A stretch of DNA of 63,446 bases, filler included. It is 5 parts of 5 records of this genome, joined end to end, with 100 filler letters (N's around TTAATTAATTAA, not from the genome) between each part and the next. Parts side by side here need not be neighbours in the genome. Positions count along the whole stretch, not along the records: positions 1 to 10,866 come from SRR20825019_2589; 4 more parts are not named here. One strand, given 5' to 3'. The notes under the pieces were generated by a model. That model made no database searches. It saw only the letters and a program-made list of their open reading frames with translations, and was not told the origin of the DNA. Within the stretch, counting starts at the first letter, position 1. The number at the start of each line of letters is the position of its first letter. The position numbers were made by a program, and so were the translations under genes. Shown one piece after another: positions 1-9,761 of the stretch.

Positions 1-36
1 GTCGAGCGTACAGGGACGTATTCACAGCGTATCCCG
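1..36 (-). repeat. Truncated dispersed intergenic repeat (REP-like) at the contig start
   Basis: The reverse complement reads CGGGATACGCTGTGAATACGTCCCTGTACGCTCGAC. Its 30-nt core aligns at 21/30 positions with ACGCCGTAAACCCATCCCTGGGGGCTCGGC at 10819-10848. Position at a contig end is typical of repeats that break assemblies. Confidence 0.55.
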
Positions 37-261
37 GATCGCCCTGACCGATGGCCGTAACGCCAATAGCTAGTAGCCGCAACCAATGAATATTGACCGA
101 GTAAGGTATCGAAACCAACCGGGGATAGCAATTGAGCAAAAAGCGCAGGCGGCGGCGTGTCGGTATCTGCGGACGGCATAAAGGGTGATTTTTTACCCAT
201 TTGTAAGATAGAATAGCGGCCCATTTTTTCGGGCAGCTAAGCACATAGGGGCAGCGCATCC

Positions 262-1518
262 ATGTTTAATCGTGATATGAAAATCGCCGGTTTTGACGAC
301 GAGCTCTGGAACGCCATTCAGGCGGAAGAGAAACGCCAGGAGGCTCATATCGAGCTGATCGCGTCTGAGAACTATACCAGCCCCCGGGTGATGGAAGCCC
401 AGGGTAGTGCGCTGACCAACAAGTATGCCGAAGGCTATCCCGGCAAACGTTATTACGGCGGCTGTGAGTTTGTCGACATCGCCGAGGACCTGGCCATCAG
501 CCGGGCCAAAGAATTGTTTGGTGCTGCCTACGCCAATGTGCAGCCGCATTCCGGCTCACAGGCCAACTCTGCCGTATTCATGGCGCTGCTCAAGCCGGGT
601 GATACGGTTCTGGGCATGAGCCTGGCCCACGGTGGGCACCTGACCCATGGTGCCAGCGTCAACTTCTCCGGCAAGATCTACAACGCCGTCCAGTATGGCC
701 TGAACCCGGACACGGGGCTGATCGATTACGATGAGGTGGAAAGCCTTGCCGTTGAGCACAAACCCAAGATGATCATCGCCGGTTTCTCAGCCTACTCCCA
801 GGAGCTGGACTTTGCCCGATTCCGCGCGATTGCCGATAAGGTTGGCGCCTACCTGTTTGTGGACATGGCCCACGTGGCAGGTCTTGTGGCTGCTGGTGTT
901 TATCCAGACCCGATACCTCATGCCCACGTGGTTGCGACGACTACCCATAAGACCCTGCGTGGCCCCCGTGGTGGTTTGATCCTGGCCTGTGACGATGCCG
1001 ACTTGCAGAAGAAACTTAACTCCGCTGTATTCCCTGGCGGCCAGGGCGGCCCCTTGATGCACGTTATTGCTGCCAAGGCGGTTTGTTTCAAGGAAGCCAT
1101 GAGCGACGAGTTCAAGGTGTATCAGAAACAGGTGATCAAGAATGCCAAGGCCATGGCTGAGGTGTTTGTCTCCCGTGGATTCGATGTGATTTCCGGTGGT
1201 ACAGAGAATCACCTGTTCCTGGTCAGCCTGATCAAGCAGGACATCACCGGTAAGGATGCAGACGCAGCCCTGGGCCGAGCGCACATCACCGTGAACAAGA
1301 ACGCAGTACCTAACGATCCGCGTTCGCCGTTCGTCACCTCCGGCCTGCGCATCGGTACGCCCGCGGTGACCACTCGTGGTTTCGGAGAGTCCGAGTGTCG
1401 CGATCTGGCTGGCTGGATGTGCGATATCCTGGATAGCCTGGAAGATGAATCCGTTAATGACCGGGTTCGTGAGCAGGTTGAAGGCCTGTGTTCGCGGTTC
1501 CCGGTTTACGCCGGCTAA
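262..1518 (+). CDS. glyA: Serine hydroxymethyltransferase
   Basis: Motifs [44 protein letters not shown] (PLP lysine) and SGLRIGTPA; 418 aa. Confidence 0.98.
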   Translation: MFNRDMKIAGFDDELWNAIQAEEKRQEAHIELIASENYTSPRVMEAQGSALTNKYAEGYPGKRYYGGCEFVDIAEDLAISRAKELFGAAYANVQPHSGSQANSAVFMALLKPGDTVLGMSLAHGGHLTHGASVNFSGKIYNAVQYGLNPDTGLIDYDEVESLAVEHKPKMIIAGFSAYSQELDFARFRAIADKVGAYLFVDMAHVAGLVAAGVYPDPIPHAHVVATTTHKTLRGPRGGLILACDDADLQKKLNSAVFPGGQGGPLMHVIAAKAVCFKEAMSDEFKVYQKQVIKNAKAMAEVFVSRGFDVISGGTENHLFLVSLIKQDITGKDADAALGRAHITVNKNAVPNDPRSPFVTSGLRIGTPAVTTRGFGESECRDLAGWMCDILDSLEDESVNDRVREQVEGLCSRFPVYAG

Positions 1519-1584
1519 ATAGCCTGATTGCGCCCTCGGGCAGGCCTTTTTGCCTGGCCCGATGGTTTGCAGGAGCTTCTGAGT

Positions 1585-2103
1585 ATGCATTGTCCTTTCT
1601 GTGGTGAAGCGGATACCAAGGTAATCGACTCCCGGCTGGTGGCCGAGGGTGATCAGGTGCGTCGCCGCAGGGAGTGTCTGTCCTGCCGTGAGCGTTTTAC
1701 AACGTTCGAGTCGGCTGAGCTTGTGATGCCTCGAGTGGTCAAGCAGGACGGCACCCGTCAGCCTTTCGATGAGGAAAAACTCCGGGCCGGTCTGATGAAA
1801 GCCCTGGAGAAGCGTCCGGTGAGCATCGAGGAAATTGAGGCGGCGCTGAATCGCATCCGATTCCGGTTGCGGGCGACCGGCGAGCGTGAGGTCAAGTCCA
1901 TGCAACTCGGTGAAGAAGTGATGACGGAGTTGCGTCAATTGGACAAAGTGGCCTACGTGCGCTTCGCGTCGGTATACCGCAGCTTTCAGGACGTCAACGA
2001 GTTCAAGGAAGAGATCGAGCGCCTTTCAGCGACCTCGGGCGAAGACCCGGTGGATGTAGCCAAGGCCCTGGCGGATAACCATTCTTCCGAAGGGCAGGCA
2101 TGA
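1585..2103 (+). CDS. nrdR: Transcriptional repressor NrdR
   Basis: MHCPFC...RRRRECLSC zinc ribbon, ATP-cone, [10 protein letters not shown]. Start moved to ATG 1585, downstream of AGGAG. Confidence 0.97.
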   Translation: MHCPFCGEADTKVIDSRLVAEGDQVRRRRECLSCRERFTTFESAELVMPRVVKQDGTRQPFDEEKLRAGLMKALEKRPVSIEEIEAALNRIRFRLRATGEREVKSMQLGEEVMTELRQLDKVAYVRFASVYRSFQDVNEFKEEIERLSATSGEDPVDVAKALADNHSSEGQA

Positions 2104-3215
2104 TCGACGCTCAGGACACGGCGTTTATGGCACGGGCGGTGCAGCTTGCCTGGCGTGGTCGCTATTCGACGCATCCCAACCCGCGGGTGGGGTGCGTCAT
2201 CGCCCGAGGCAGCAAGATTTTGGGCGAAGGCTGGCATGAGCGAGCGGGCGAGGCTCACGCAGAAGCGCGTGCACTCAGCCTGGCTGGGCCGGATGCCCGT
2301 GGCGCAACGGCCTATGTCACGCTGGAGCCCTGCAGTCATTTTGGCCGTACACCGCCTTGTGCCAAAGCGCTGATAGAAGCGGGCATCGCCCATGTGTTTG
2401 CGGCGACCAAGGATCCCAATCCCTCGGTATCCGGTCGCGGCCTGGATATGCTCCGTGAGGCAGGCATTCGTGTAACGGAAGGCCTACTGGCGGAAGAGGC
2501 CGTGCGATTGAATCCCGGCTTCATGAAGCGAATGAACGTTGGCAGGCCCTATGTCCGGCTTAAAATGGCTGCGAGCCTTGACGGCAGGACGGCCATGGCC
2601 TCCGGCGAAAGTCAGTGGATTACCGGCTCGGAGTCCCGCCGCGATGTCCAGCGTCTCAGGGCCATCAGCGATGCCATTCTGACAGGGGTGGGGACGGTTC
2701 TCGCTGACAATCCTTCACTGACCGTTCGTCGGACTGAATTGGGTGACATTGGTGACGCCACGGAGCCGTCCCGCCAGCCCCTGCGCGTGATCGCGGACCG
2801 GGACGCGCGTACGCCCCCGGGCGCTACGATCCTGCAGGGTGGCAATGTCCAGGTGTATTGCGCCTCCCCAACACTGGCAACCGCGCCGGCACAGGACCTT
2901 GCCGCGTTGGGCGTGGGCCTGACGGGTGTGGCCTGGAAGGATAATGGAATTGATGTTCGCGAGTTGCTCGACTCACTGGGGGAGTTGGGCATCAACGAAT
3001 TGTTGGTGGAAGCTGGTCCAACGCTGGCCGGTACATTTATCAGCGAGCGTCTGGTAGATGAGCTATGGCTCTACCAGGCGCCGGTGTTCCTGGGCAGCAC
3101 TGGCCGGCCCACGGCCAATCTGCCACTGGAATCCATGGCGGATAAGGTGCAATGGAAAGTGCTGGATCGCCGTCAGCTGGGCGAGGACCAGCGATTGATC
3201 CTCGCGCCGGGGTAA
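2100..3215 (+). CDS. ribD: Riboflavin biosynthesis deaminase/reductase
   Basis: [36 protein letters not shown] and ESQWITG motifs; ATGA overlap with nrdR. Confidence 0.97.
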   Translation: MIDAQDTAFMARAVQLAWRGRYSTHPNPRVGCVIARGSKILGEGWHERAGEAHAEARALSLAGPDARGATAYVTLEPCSHFGRTPPCAKALIEAGIAHVFAATKDPNPSVSGRGLDMLREAGIRVTEGLLAEEAVRLNPGFMKRMNVGRPYVRLKMAASLDGRTAMASGESQWITGSESRRDVQRLRAISDAILTGVGTVLADNPSLTVRRTELGDIGDATEPSRQPLRVIADRDARTPPGATILQGGNVQVYCASPTLATAPAQDLAALGVGLTGVAWKDNGIDVRELLDSLGELGINELLVEAGPTLAGTFISERLVDELWLYQAPVFLGSTGRPTANLPLESMADKVQWKVLDRRQLGEDQRLILAPG

Positions 3216-3283
3216 CGGTTACTAAATTCATGGCTGCCGGCACCGACACTCGGACGGACAGACCAACAGGATGCAAATACGGT

Positions 3284-4399
3284 ATGGCACTGAATAGCAT
3301 TAAAGACATTATCGACGATATCCGTCAGGGCAAGATGGTTATCCTGATGGATGATGAGGACCGGGAAAACGAAGGTGACTTGGTGATGGCCGCAGAGCAC
3401 TGTACGCCTGAGGCTATCAACTTCATGGCCCGCTTCGGTCGTGGGCTGATTTGCATGCCGATGACGCGCCATCGTTGCGAACAGCTTGGCCTGCCGTTGA
3501 TGGTGCAGCAGAATGCATCGGGTTTTGGCACCAAGTTCACCCTTTCCATTGAAGCGACTGAAGGCGTAACGACGGGTATCTCTGCCGCCGACCGTGCGCG
3601 AACTGTCCAGGCCGCTGTTGCCCGCGATGCAAAAGCGTCTGACCTGGTTCAGCCAGGCCATATTTTTCCGCTGATGTCGGACCCGGGCGGGGTGCTCAGC
3701 CGAGCCGGCCATACCGAAGCATCCTGTGATCTGGCAGCCCTCGCCGGCTGCGAGCCTGCCGGCGTGATCTGCGAAATCATGAACGACGATGGGTCCATGG
3801 CCCGCCGTGAAGATCTGGAAAAATTTGCCGAAACTCACGACCTGAAGATCGGCACGATTGCGGATCTGATCCACTATCGGACATTGAACGAGCGCACCAT
3901 TGAGTGCGTTGAGCAGTACGACCTGGATACCGAGTACGGTGTATTCAACTTGCGCACCTATCGCGACAATATCCAGGGTTCCACCCATCTGGCCATGGTG
4001 ATGGGGGATATTGCGGCCGAGGACCCGGTGCTGGTGCGTGTGCACATCACCGATACTCTGCGTGACCTGCTCGGTGCCCGCCGCGCCGATTCCCGTAGCT
4101 GGCCATTGCATCATGCTCTGGAGAAGGTGGCGAGTGAAGGTCGCGGCGTTGTTGTCCTGCTCAATAGCGCCGAAGACAGCTACAATCTTGAAGATCGTAT
4201 CCACGAATTTTTCGAGCAGGATAAAAAGTCCGCGGGTAAGGGCAGCTCCGGTGTCTATTTTACCGTTGGTACCGGCTCACAGATTCTGAGGGATCTCGGT
4301 GTTGGAAAAATGCGCCTGCTGAGCCCGCCCATCAAGTTTTCTGCCATTTCCGGATTCGAGCTGGAAGTTGTGGAATACGTGCCCTACACACCCGAATAA
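3284..4399 (+). CDS. ribB: DHBP synthase fused to a degenerate GTP cyclohydrolase II-like domain (RibBX type)
   Basis: [27 protein letters not shown] and RAGHTEA are intact RibB motifs. The C-domain reads [14 protein letters not shown] and lacks the Zn-binding cysteines. Start moved to ATG 3284. Confidence 0.92.
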   Translation: MALNSIKDIIDDIRQGKMVILMDDEDRENEGDLVMAAEHCTPEAINFMARFGRGLICMPMTRHRCEQLGLPLMVQQNASGFGTKFTLSIEATEGVTTGISAADRARTVQAAVARDAKASDLVQPGHIFPLMSDPGGVLSRAGHTEASCDLAALAGCEPAGVICEIMNDDGSMARREDLEKFAETHDLKIGTIADLIHYRTLNERTIECVEQYDLDTEYGVFNLRTYRDNIQGSTHLAMVMGDIAAEDPVLVRVHITDTLRDLLGARRADSRSWPLHHALEKVASEGRGVVVLLNSAEDSYNLEDRIHEFFEQDKKSAGKGSSGVYFTVGTGSQILRDLGVGKMRLLSPPIKFSAISGFELEVVEYVPYTPE

Positions 4400-4453
4400 T
4401 GAACCCCGGCAGGCCCGTATCGTAACGGCGGGGCTGCCAAGAAGGAGCCATGC

Positions 4454-4930
4454 ATGGCAGACATTAAAGTAATAGAAGGCGATTTCACTCACTGCAGCGG
4501 TAAATACGCACTGGTTGTCGGTCGTTTCAACGGTTTTGTGGTTGAGAGCCTGGTGGAGGGTGCGGTTGATACCCTGCGTCGTCATGGTATCGCCGATTCC
4601 GATATCACGATTGTACGGGTTCCCGGCGCCTATGAGATGCCACTTGCGGTCAAGCGTGTGGCGGAAACAGGCAACCACGATGCGATTGTTGCGCTGGGTG
4701 CGGTTATTCGGGGTGGTACACCACATTTCGACTATGTGGCAGGCGAAGCCTCCAGCGGTCTGGGTGCGGTTAGTCTCGAAACGGATGTGCCGGTGACGTT
4801 CGGCGTGTTAACGGTCGATTCCATCGAGCAGGCAATCGAGCGGGCCGGTACCAAAGCCGGTAACAAAGGCGCCGAAGCGGCGATTACGGCCCTGGAAATG
4901 GTCAGCCTCTTCAAAAAGCTGGGTGAATAA
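4454..4930 (+). CDS. ribH: 6,7-dimethyl-8-ribityllumazine synthase
   Basis: [26 protein letters not shown] and GNKGAEAA motifs; AAGGAG RBS. Confidence 0.97.
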   Translation: MADIKVIEGDFTHCSGKYALVVGRFNGFVVESLVEGAVDTLRRHGIADSDITIVRVPGAYEMPLAVKRVAETGNHDAIVALGAVIRGGTPHFDYVAGEASSGLGAVSLETDVPVTFGVLTVDSIEQAIERAGTKAGNKGAEAAITALEMVSLFKKLGE

Positions 4931-5406
4931 TGAGCGCATCGGAAGACAGTGCCGCGCAACCGGCCCCCGCGGGCCAACCTAAGGCAGGCGATAGACGCAG
5001 AGCCCGGGCTCTTGCGATGCAAGGCCTTTACCAGCGCCACTTCAGCAAGAGCTCGATCACCGATATCGAATCCGAATTCATCGTCGACAACGACATGTCG
5101 AAGGTAGATGCGGCCTATTTCCGCGATCTCCTCCGGGGGGTTCACCGGGAGCAGGCTGAGTTAGACCGTCTACTGGAGCCATTCCTCGATCGCCCGATCC
5201 ATGAGGTGGATGCCATTGAGCTGGCGATCGTACGCCTGGGCGCGTACGAGCTCAAACATCGCCTGGACGTTCCATACAAGGTGGTGATCAACGAAGGCAT
5301 CGAGATGGCCAAGAGGTTTGGCGGCACCGAAGGTCATAAGTTCGTCAACAGCCTTCTGGACAAGCTCAGTCACCGACTGCGACTGGCTGAGACCCGTCCC
5401 CGCTAA
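4930..5406 (+). CDS. nusB: Transcription antitermination factor NusB
   Basis: RRRARALAMQGLYQ, VPYKVVINEGIEMAKRFG and HKFVNSLLD; TAATG coupling to ribH. Confidence 0.97.
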   Translation: MSASEDSAAQPAPAGQPKAGDRRRARALAMQGLYQRHFSKSSITDIESEFIVDNDMSKVDAAYFRDLLRGVHREQAELDRLLEPFLDRPIHEVDAIELAIVRLGAYELKHRLDVPYKVVINEGIEMAKRFGGTEGHKFVNSLLDKLSHRLRLAETRPR

Positions 5407-5409
5407 GCG

Positions 5410-6360
5410 ATGGGTGAATTCGAGCTGATCCGCCGTTATTTCTTCCCCATCGCCGAGGTCGGAAATGCCTCCTCGGTTCTGCTGGGCCCCGGTGACGACT
5501 GCGCCATTCAGCGTGTTGAGCCAGGCCTGGACCTGGTCTTTTCGGTGGACGCCCTAGTCGAGGGCGTGCATTTTCCCCACCACTACGATCCTGAAAAGCT
5601 GGGCTGGCGAAGCCTTGCCGTGGCTGCGAGTGATCTCGCCGCCATGGGGGCCGATCCGGTGTGTTTTACCCTCGCGTTGACCCTTCCCGATGCTGATCCA
5701 GACTGGCTGAGCGCCTATGCCTACGGATTGGCAAGTGCGGCCAGACGCTTTGGGCTGTCACTGGCTGGCGGCGACACCACGCGTGGCCCACTGACCCTGA
5801 GCGTGCAGGTTCACGGTACGGTACCGAAAGGTGGGGCCATCTTGAGGTCTGGAGCCCAGGTGGGAGATTACATTTGTGTTTCCGGTATGCTGGGAGAGGC
5901 AGGAGCGGCATTGGATCACCTTGAGAATAATGATCCCGGGCCGGACGTGCAGGCGGTCCTGCGAAGGTACCACTTTCCAGAGCCCAGGCTTGTGCTTGGC
6001 AGGGCTCTTCGGGGGCACGCCACTGCAGCGGTGGATGTATCTGACGGTCTGGTGGCAGACCTGGGACATATCCTCGAGGCCTCTGGAGTTGCAGGCAGTA
6101 TCGATGCGAGTCGGCTGCCACTGTCGCAACACCTGAAGCGCCTTGTGGGTCAGTCTGCTGCCGGCCTGGCGTTGAACGCCGGGGACGATTACGAGTTATG
6201 CGTTACCTTGCCTCCGCAGGTTTGGGCTGGTCTCCCCGAGGATGTCCGGCGGGAGTTGACCGTTATTGGCGAGGTCGTTGCCGGGGAGGGTGTAACCATT
6301 GACTGGGGTGATCATATCGAGAACCTGTCAGCGGGAGGATACGACCATTTCAGGAACTGA
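5410..6360 (+). CDS. thiL: Thiamine-monophosphate kinase
   Basis: MGEFELIRRYF, GDDCA, SDLAAMGA, GGDT, DVSDGL, GDDYELC and GYDHF motifs. Confidence 0.97.
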   Translation: MGEFELIRRYFFPIAEVGNASSVLLGPGDDCAIQRVEPGLDLVFSVDALVEGVHFPHHYDPEKLGWRSLAVAASDLAAMGADPVCFTLALTLPDADPDWLSAYAYGLASAARRFGLSLAGGDTTRGPLTLSVQVHGTVPKGGAILRSGAQVGDYICVSGMLGEAGAALDHLENNDPGPDVQAVLRRYHFPEPRLVLGRALRGHATAAVDVSDGLVADLGHILEASGVAGSIDASRLPLSQHLKRLVGQSAAGLALNAGDDYELCVTLPPQVWAGLPEDVRRELTVIGEVVAGEGVTIDWGDHIENLSAGGYDHFRN

Positions 6361-6363
6361 TTC

Positions 6364-6891
6364 ATGAGCAGCGACGACAACCTCCAGGAACCCGAGCTCA
6401 CTGAAGCACTGCTGCCGCCAGGGTTTCTCCGTAATCCGGTCCATCTGTTGGCGTTTGGATTTGGCAGCGGTACAGCGGCCAGGGCGCCTGGTACCTGGGG
6501 CAGTCTTGCGGCGATTCCCGCCTGGTTCTGTTTTGCTTGGTTGCCACCCGTGGCTTACTGGGGAATTGTCCTGCTGGCCTTCGTGATTGGGATCTGGTTG
6601 TGTGGCAAGACGGCAGCCGATCTCAAGGTCCACGATCATGGGGGGATCGTTTGGGACGAGTTTGTGGGCATGTGGATCGCGCTGGGACTCATCCCGGACA
6701 ACATTTACGGCATTCTGATGGCTTTCACGTTGTTTCGGCTTTTCGATGTGCTCAAACCCTGGCCGATTAGTTGGTTGGATGAGTACTTGCCGGGCGGGCT
6801 GGGTATCATGGTGGACGATGTCGTGGCGGGTTTCATGGCGTTACTGTGCCTGCTCGCCATTGACCGGTGGTTGATGCCGATCATTGTCTGA
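6364..6891 (+). CDS. pgpA: Phosphatidylglycerophosphatase A
   Basis: GFGSG..APGTWGS, HDHGGIVWDE, FRLFDVLKPWPI and GGLGIMVDDVVAG motifs. Confidence 0.96.
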   Translation: MSSDDNLQEPELTEALLPPGFLRNPVHLLAFGFGSGTAARAPGTWGSLAAIPAWFCFAWLPPVAYWGIVLLAFVIGIWLCGKTAADLKVHDHGGIVWDEFVGMWIALGLIPDNIYGILMAFTLFRLFDVLKPWPISWLDEYLPGGLGIMVDDVVAGFMALLCLLAIDRWLMPIIV

Positions 6892-6922
6892 GCATCGTTA
6901 TGAGACTGGAGGACAGTCCCTA

Positions 6923-7126
6923 TCAGTGGACCTGTTGCTCTTCCGGAAGAAGTCGCACTACATGCAGGAAACGCCTGAGGCCAGTTTCTGCGCGTTGCCG
7001 GGAGGCAAAAGGACCGCTGTCGAAGCCCTCCCGGGTGGTGAAATACCACTTGCTCCCGACGCAGAAGAACCGACTGCTTCGGAACGGTGCGGGGCCGTTT
7101 TCTCCGGACCGACGTTGGGTATCCAT
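6923..7126 (-). CDS. Small conserved hypothetical protein (DUF6316-like), 67 aa
   Basis: RSGE...RSSRFFCVGSKWYFTTREG..GPF pattern, recalled as DUF6316. AGGAG RBS precedes ATG 7126. Confidence 0.7.
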   Translation of the reverse strand: MDTQRRSGENGPAPFRSSRFFCVGSKWYFTTREGFDSGPFASRQRAETGLRRFLHVVRLLPEEQQVH

Positions 7127-7395
7127 GTTGTCTCCTGAGCCCTTCAGTGCATTTGTGACACGTGTGGGCGCTATTTCGATTCTATGACTGTTTAAAATTA
7201 AATCAATTCCTGCCGAATTCAACATTTTTTTACATTTTTTGGGTAGACTTGATGCCTTCCCCGTAACCGGAGTGTCATCGGGTTACTGTAAACAGGCTGC
7301 ATGTCTTGCCCTTGGCTCGGCCACTCTTCAAAATGCCTTTCAACCACAAGTGATTATCCGCCGGTGAAAGCTGGCGAACAGCACAAGGATATAGC

Positions 7396-8064
7396 ATGAG
7401 TATCTATCGCGTTTTAGTCTTTTTCAAGAAAGTACGATTCAGTGCAATGGCCCTTGTTGCCATGGTTTTGCTGGCGGGATGCAGCTCTACCATGAGCAAC
7501 GTCCAAACCTGGGAGGGGGACGCCGTGGATTCCTCGCAGGCCGCCGTCCTTGAGTCCCCGGGTGAAATCCGGGTGCAGCAGGTGAATGGTCGCAAACTCG
7601 GCAACTTTCTAATGGATGACCTGGCCCTGAATTACGAGCTTTTACCGGGCGAAAATCAGGTTGTGTTTACCTATAAGACCATCTGGGCCAAGAGCGGCGT
7701 GGTCCGCAATGGCGAATCCAAAGTGCACGTTGTTGAAACAGCGCCCCAGGCAGTGATGATCAATGCGCAAGCGGGTGATGCCTACCGTTTCAGTTTCGAG
7801 CCTCCCGCCAACAAAAGCGATGCCGAGGCTTTCGCCAATAATTTCACTGCTGATGTGGTTGATGGGTCCGGTAATGTTGTAGCCACCGCCAGCGCCTGGG
7901 ATGGCCAACCTGCCGGCACTCGAACTGCTGCAAGGGCGCCGGTCGGCTCTGGTGGCGAAGGAGAAAGCGCCGACTCAATGGGTACTCTGGGTGAGCTCAA
8001 GTCGCTTTGGGGTCAGGCCAATGAGGAAGAGCGACGGGCGTTCCTGCGTTGGGCCTTCGAGTAA
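7396..8064 (+). CDS. DUF2057/YccT-like lipoprotein
   Basis: Lipobox LAGC; C-terminal LKSLWGQANEEERRAFLRWA helix typical of DUF2057. AAGGA RBS before 7396; alternative start at 7447. Confidence 0.7.
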   Translation: MSIYRVLVFFKKVRFSAMALVAMVLLAGCSSTMSNVQTWEGDAVDSSQAAVLESPGEIRVQQVNGRKLGNFLMDDLALNYELLPGENQVVFTYKTIWAKSGVVRNGESKVHVVETAPQAVMINAQAGDAYRFSFEPPANKSDAEAFANNFTADVVDGSGNVVATASAWDGQPAGTRTAARAPVGSGGEGESADSMGTLGELKSLWGQANEEERRAFLRWAFE

Positions 8065-8074
8065 CCCGCAATCC

Positions 8075-8106
8075 TGACGGGCGGCGGCTCTGCCTGCCGC
8101 TCGTCA
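8075..8106. terminator. GC-rich hairpin between convergent genes
   Basis: TGACGGGCGGC...GCCGCTCGTCA 11-bp stem (one G-U pair) between two stop codons; no clear U-tract. Confidence 0.45.
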
Positions 8107-8113
8107 TTGCCGT

Positions 8114-9640
8114 TCAGTTGCGAAATCGCCTGAACGTTTTCCGCAGAGCACCTTCCATGACGTTCAGTGCCTCGTCAGTCAGAGTCGGGTGACTGTCGGG
8201 GTACTCGCGCGTGTCTTCTTCATACGGCGGCAAAGTCTCGGCCGCCGATTCGATTGATTTCAGGCTGTTTTCAAGCAGTTCCGGCAGCGAGTCGCCGTCA
8301 GCCACTACGTCGGGGCACAGGGTGAAATTGATCGTCAGACTGCCCTGATAGCTCACTGCAACAATCACCAATCCCATACTGTCGAACAGGGGGGCGGAGT
8401 TGAACTGCCGCACCAACCGTGAACCTTGTAAGTACAGCGGCACTTGTGGCCCGGGTACGTTGGTGATCGGGAGGTTGAATACCGGCTGGTATCGTTGCGC
8501 AATCTGCAGTTCGGAATACAGTCTTGCGGAGAGTGCGAGCATGGTGGAGGGCAGGAGCTCAGTCAGCCTGTCTGCCGCAATGGCTTCACGGTAGGGCTCG
8601 GATTCCACCGCATTCCAGTGTATCCGCCGAATTCGTTCGGCGGGATTGGGCTCGGTGGTGGCCAGGTCCAGTAGCATGGCGGACATCTGGTTGCCGGTGG
8701 CCTTGCGAAGGCTGCTTGAACGCACGGAAATGGGGGTCATCGCTACCAGAGAGCGTTCCGTTGTGGCATTGCTCTTGTCCAGGTATCGACTTAAGGTTTC
8801 AGCGCATAGGCCGAGGACGACGTCGTTCAGGGTTACATCACCGAGTGTTGCTTTGATGGCCTTTAGCCTGGACAGGTCGAGGCTGGCGGAAACGATCTTG
8901 CGGTTGGCGGTAATCTGGCGGTTAAACGGGCTGTGAGGTGCGGAAAACAGGGGGAACGGCAACGGCAGCTTTCGCATCTGCTTTTGTATAAGCCCGCGAG
9001 CAGTGGCTTCGGCCGCACTTATGGCGAGGGACGTCATTTGCAAGGGTTTGCGTAGCAGATTTGCACCGGTCTGGAGAATGACCCTTTCTTCGGACGGTTC
9101 CGGCTGTGGGTACCAGGGTCGCGGTGTTTCTATCGCTCTCGCCTTCGGTGAATATTCCAGAAGTTTGCCAATGATTTCCTCGCCACTGAACGCATCAATG
9201 GCGGCATGATGCAGTTTTACGATGAGCGCGAAACTCTTGCTGTCTGCATCGTCGTCGAGTTGGAATCCGTCGACGAACGTGATGTGCCATAACGGGCGAT
9301 CCCGTTTGAGCGGTTCTTCCAGAATTCGCGAGGCCAGCTCCATCAGGCTGTCGACTTTGCCGTGGTTGCCGAGGTTCACATAAGCCAGGTGCCGCTCGAT
9401 ACTGAAGTCTGGATCGTCAATCCAGTAGGGGCGCCCCAGCCGCAAGGGTATTTCCTTCAGGCGCTGGCGGAAGAGGGGGACCACGTGAAGCCGGCTTCGC
9501 AGATAGGCGACAAAGGTGCTGAAGGCCAGAGGTTTGTCGCGTTCTCGGGCATCAAAAAGATAGATGCCGCCAATGTGCATGGGGGCGGTTTCCGACTCCA
9601 GATACAGGAATGAGGCATCCAGCTCCGACAGCTGCCGCAT
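8114..9640 (-). CDS. Wax ester synthase/diacylglycerol acyltransferase family protein (HHxxxDA variant)
   Basis: LSELDASFLYLE..PMHIGG, RDRPLW, HHAAIDA, TLNDVVL and ITNVPGPQVPLY motifs. Start moved to 9640. Confidence 0.92.
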   Translation of the reverse strand: MRQLSELDASFLYLESETAPMHIGGIYLFDARERDKPLAFSTFVAYLRSRLHVVPLFRQRLKEIPLRLGRPYWIDDPDFSIERHLAYVNLGNHGKVDSLMELASRILEEPLKRDRPLWHITFVDGFQLDDDADSKSFALIVKLHHAAIDAFSGEEIIGKLLEYSPKARAIETPRPWYPQPEPSEERVILQTGANLLRKPLQMTSLAISAAEATARGLIQKQMRKLPLPFPLFSAPHSPFNRQITANRKIVSASLDLSRLKAIKATLGDVTLNDVVLGLCAETLSRYLDKSNATTERSLVAMTPISVRSSSLRKATGNQMSAMLLDLATTEPNPAERIRRIHWNAVESEPYREAIAADRLTELLPSTMLALSARLYSELQIAQRYQPVFNLPITNVPGPQVPLYLQGSRLVRQFNSAPLFDSMGLVIVAVSYQGSLTINFTLCPDVVADGDSLPELLENSLKSIESAAETLPPYEEDTREYPDSHPTLTDEALNVMEGALRKTFRRFRN

Positions 9641-9761
9641 GGTTTGAGCTCCGTTCACAGGTTCTTGCGTGGGGGCAGTATAAACGACTGCGCCACTATT
9701 CTGTTGGCCGTTTTGCCCCGGAGGCCTGTGTTGTGAAGTCAGGACTATTTTGGACGGTCAT

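Noticed and set aside
40-3283. ZTP riboswitch before glyA or FMN riboswitch before the rib genes
   Set aside because: No recognisable conserved aptamer sequences, and the gaps before ribD and ribB are too short.
787-4204. Long antisense ORFs 787-1938 and 3173-4204
   Set aside because: Shadows of glyA/nrdR and ribB caused by codon bias; no recognisable motifs or RBS.
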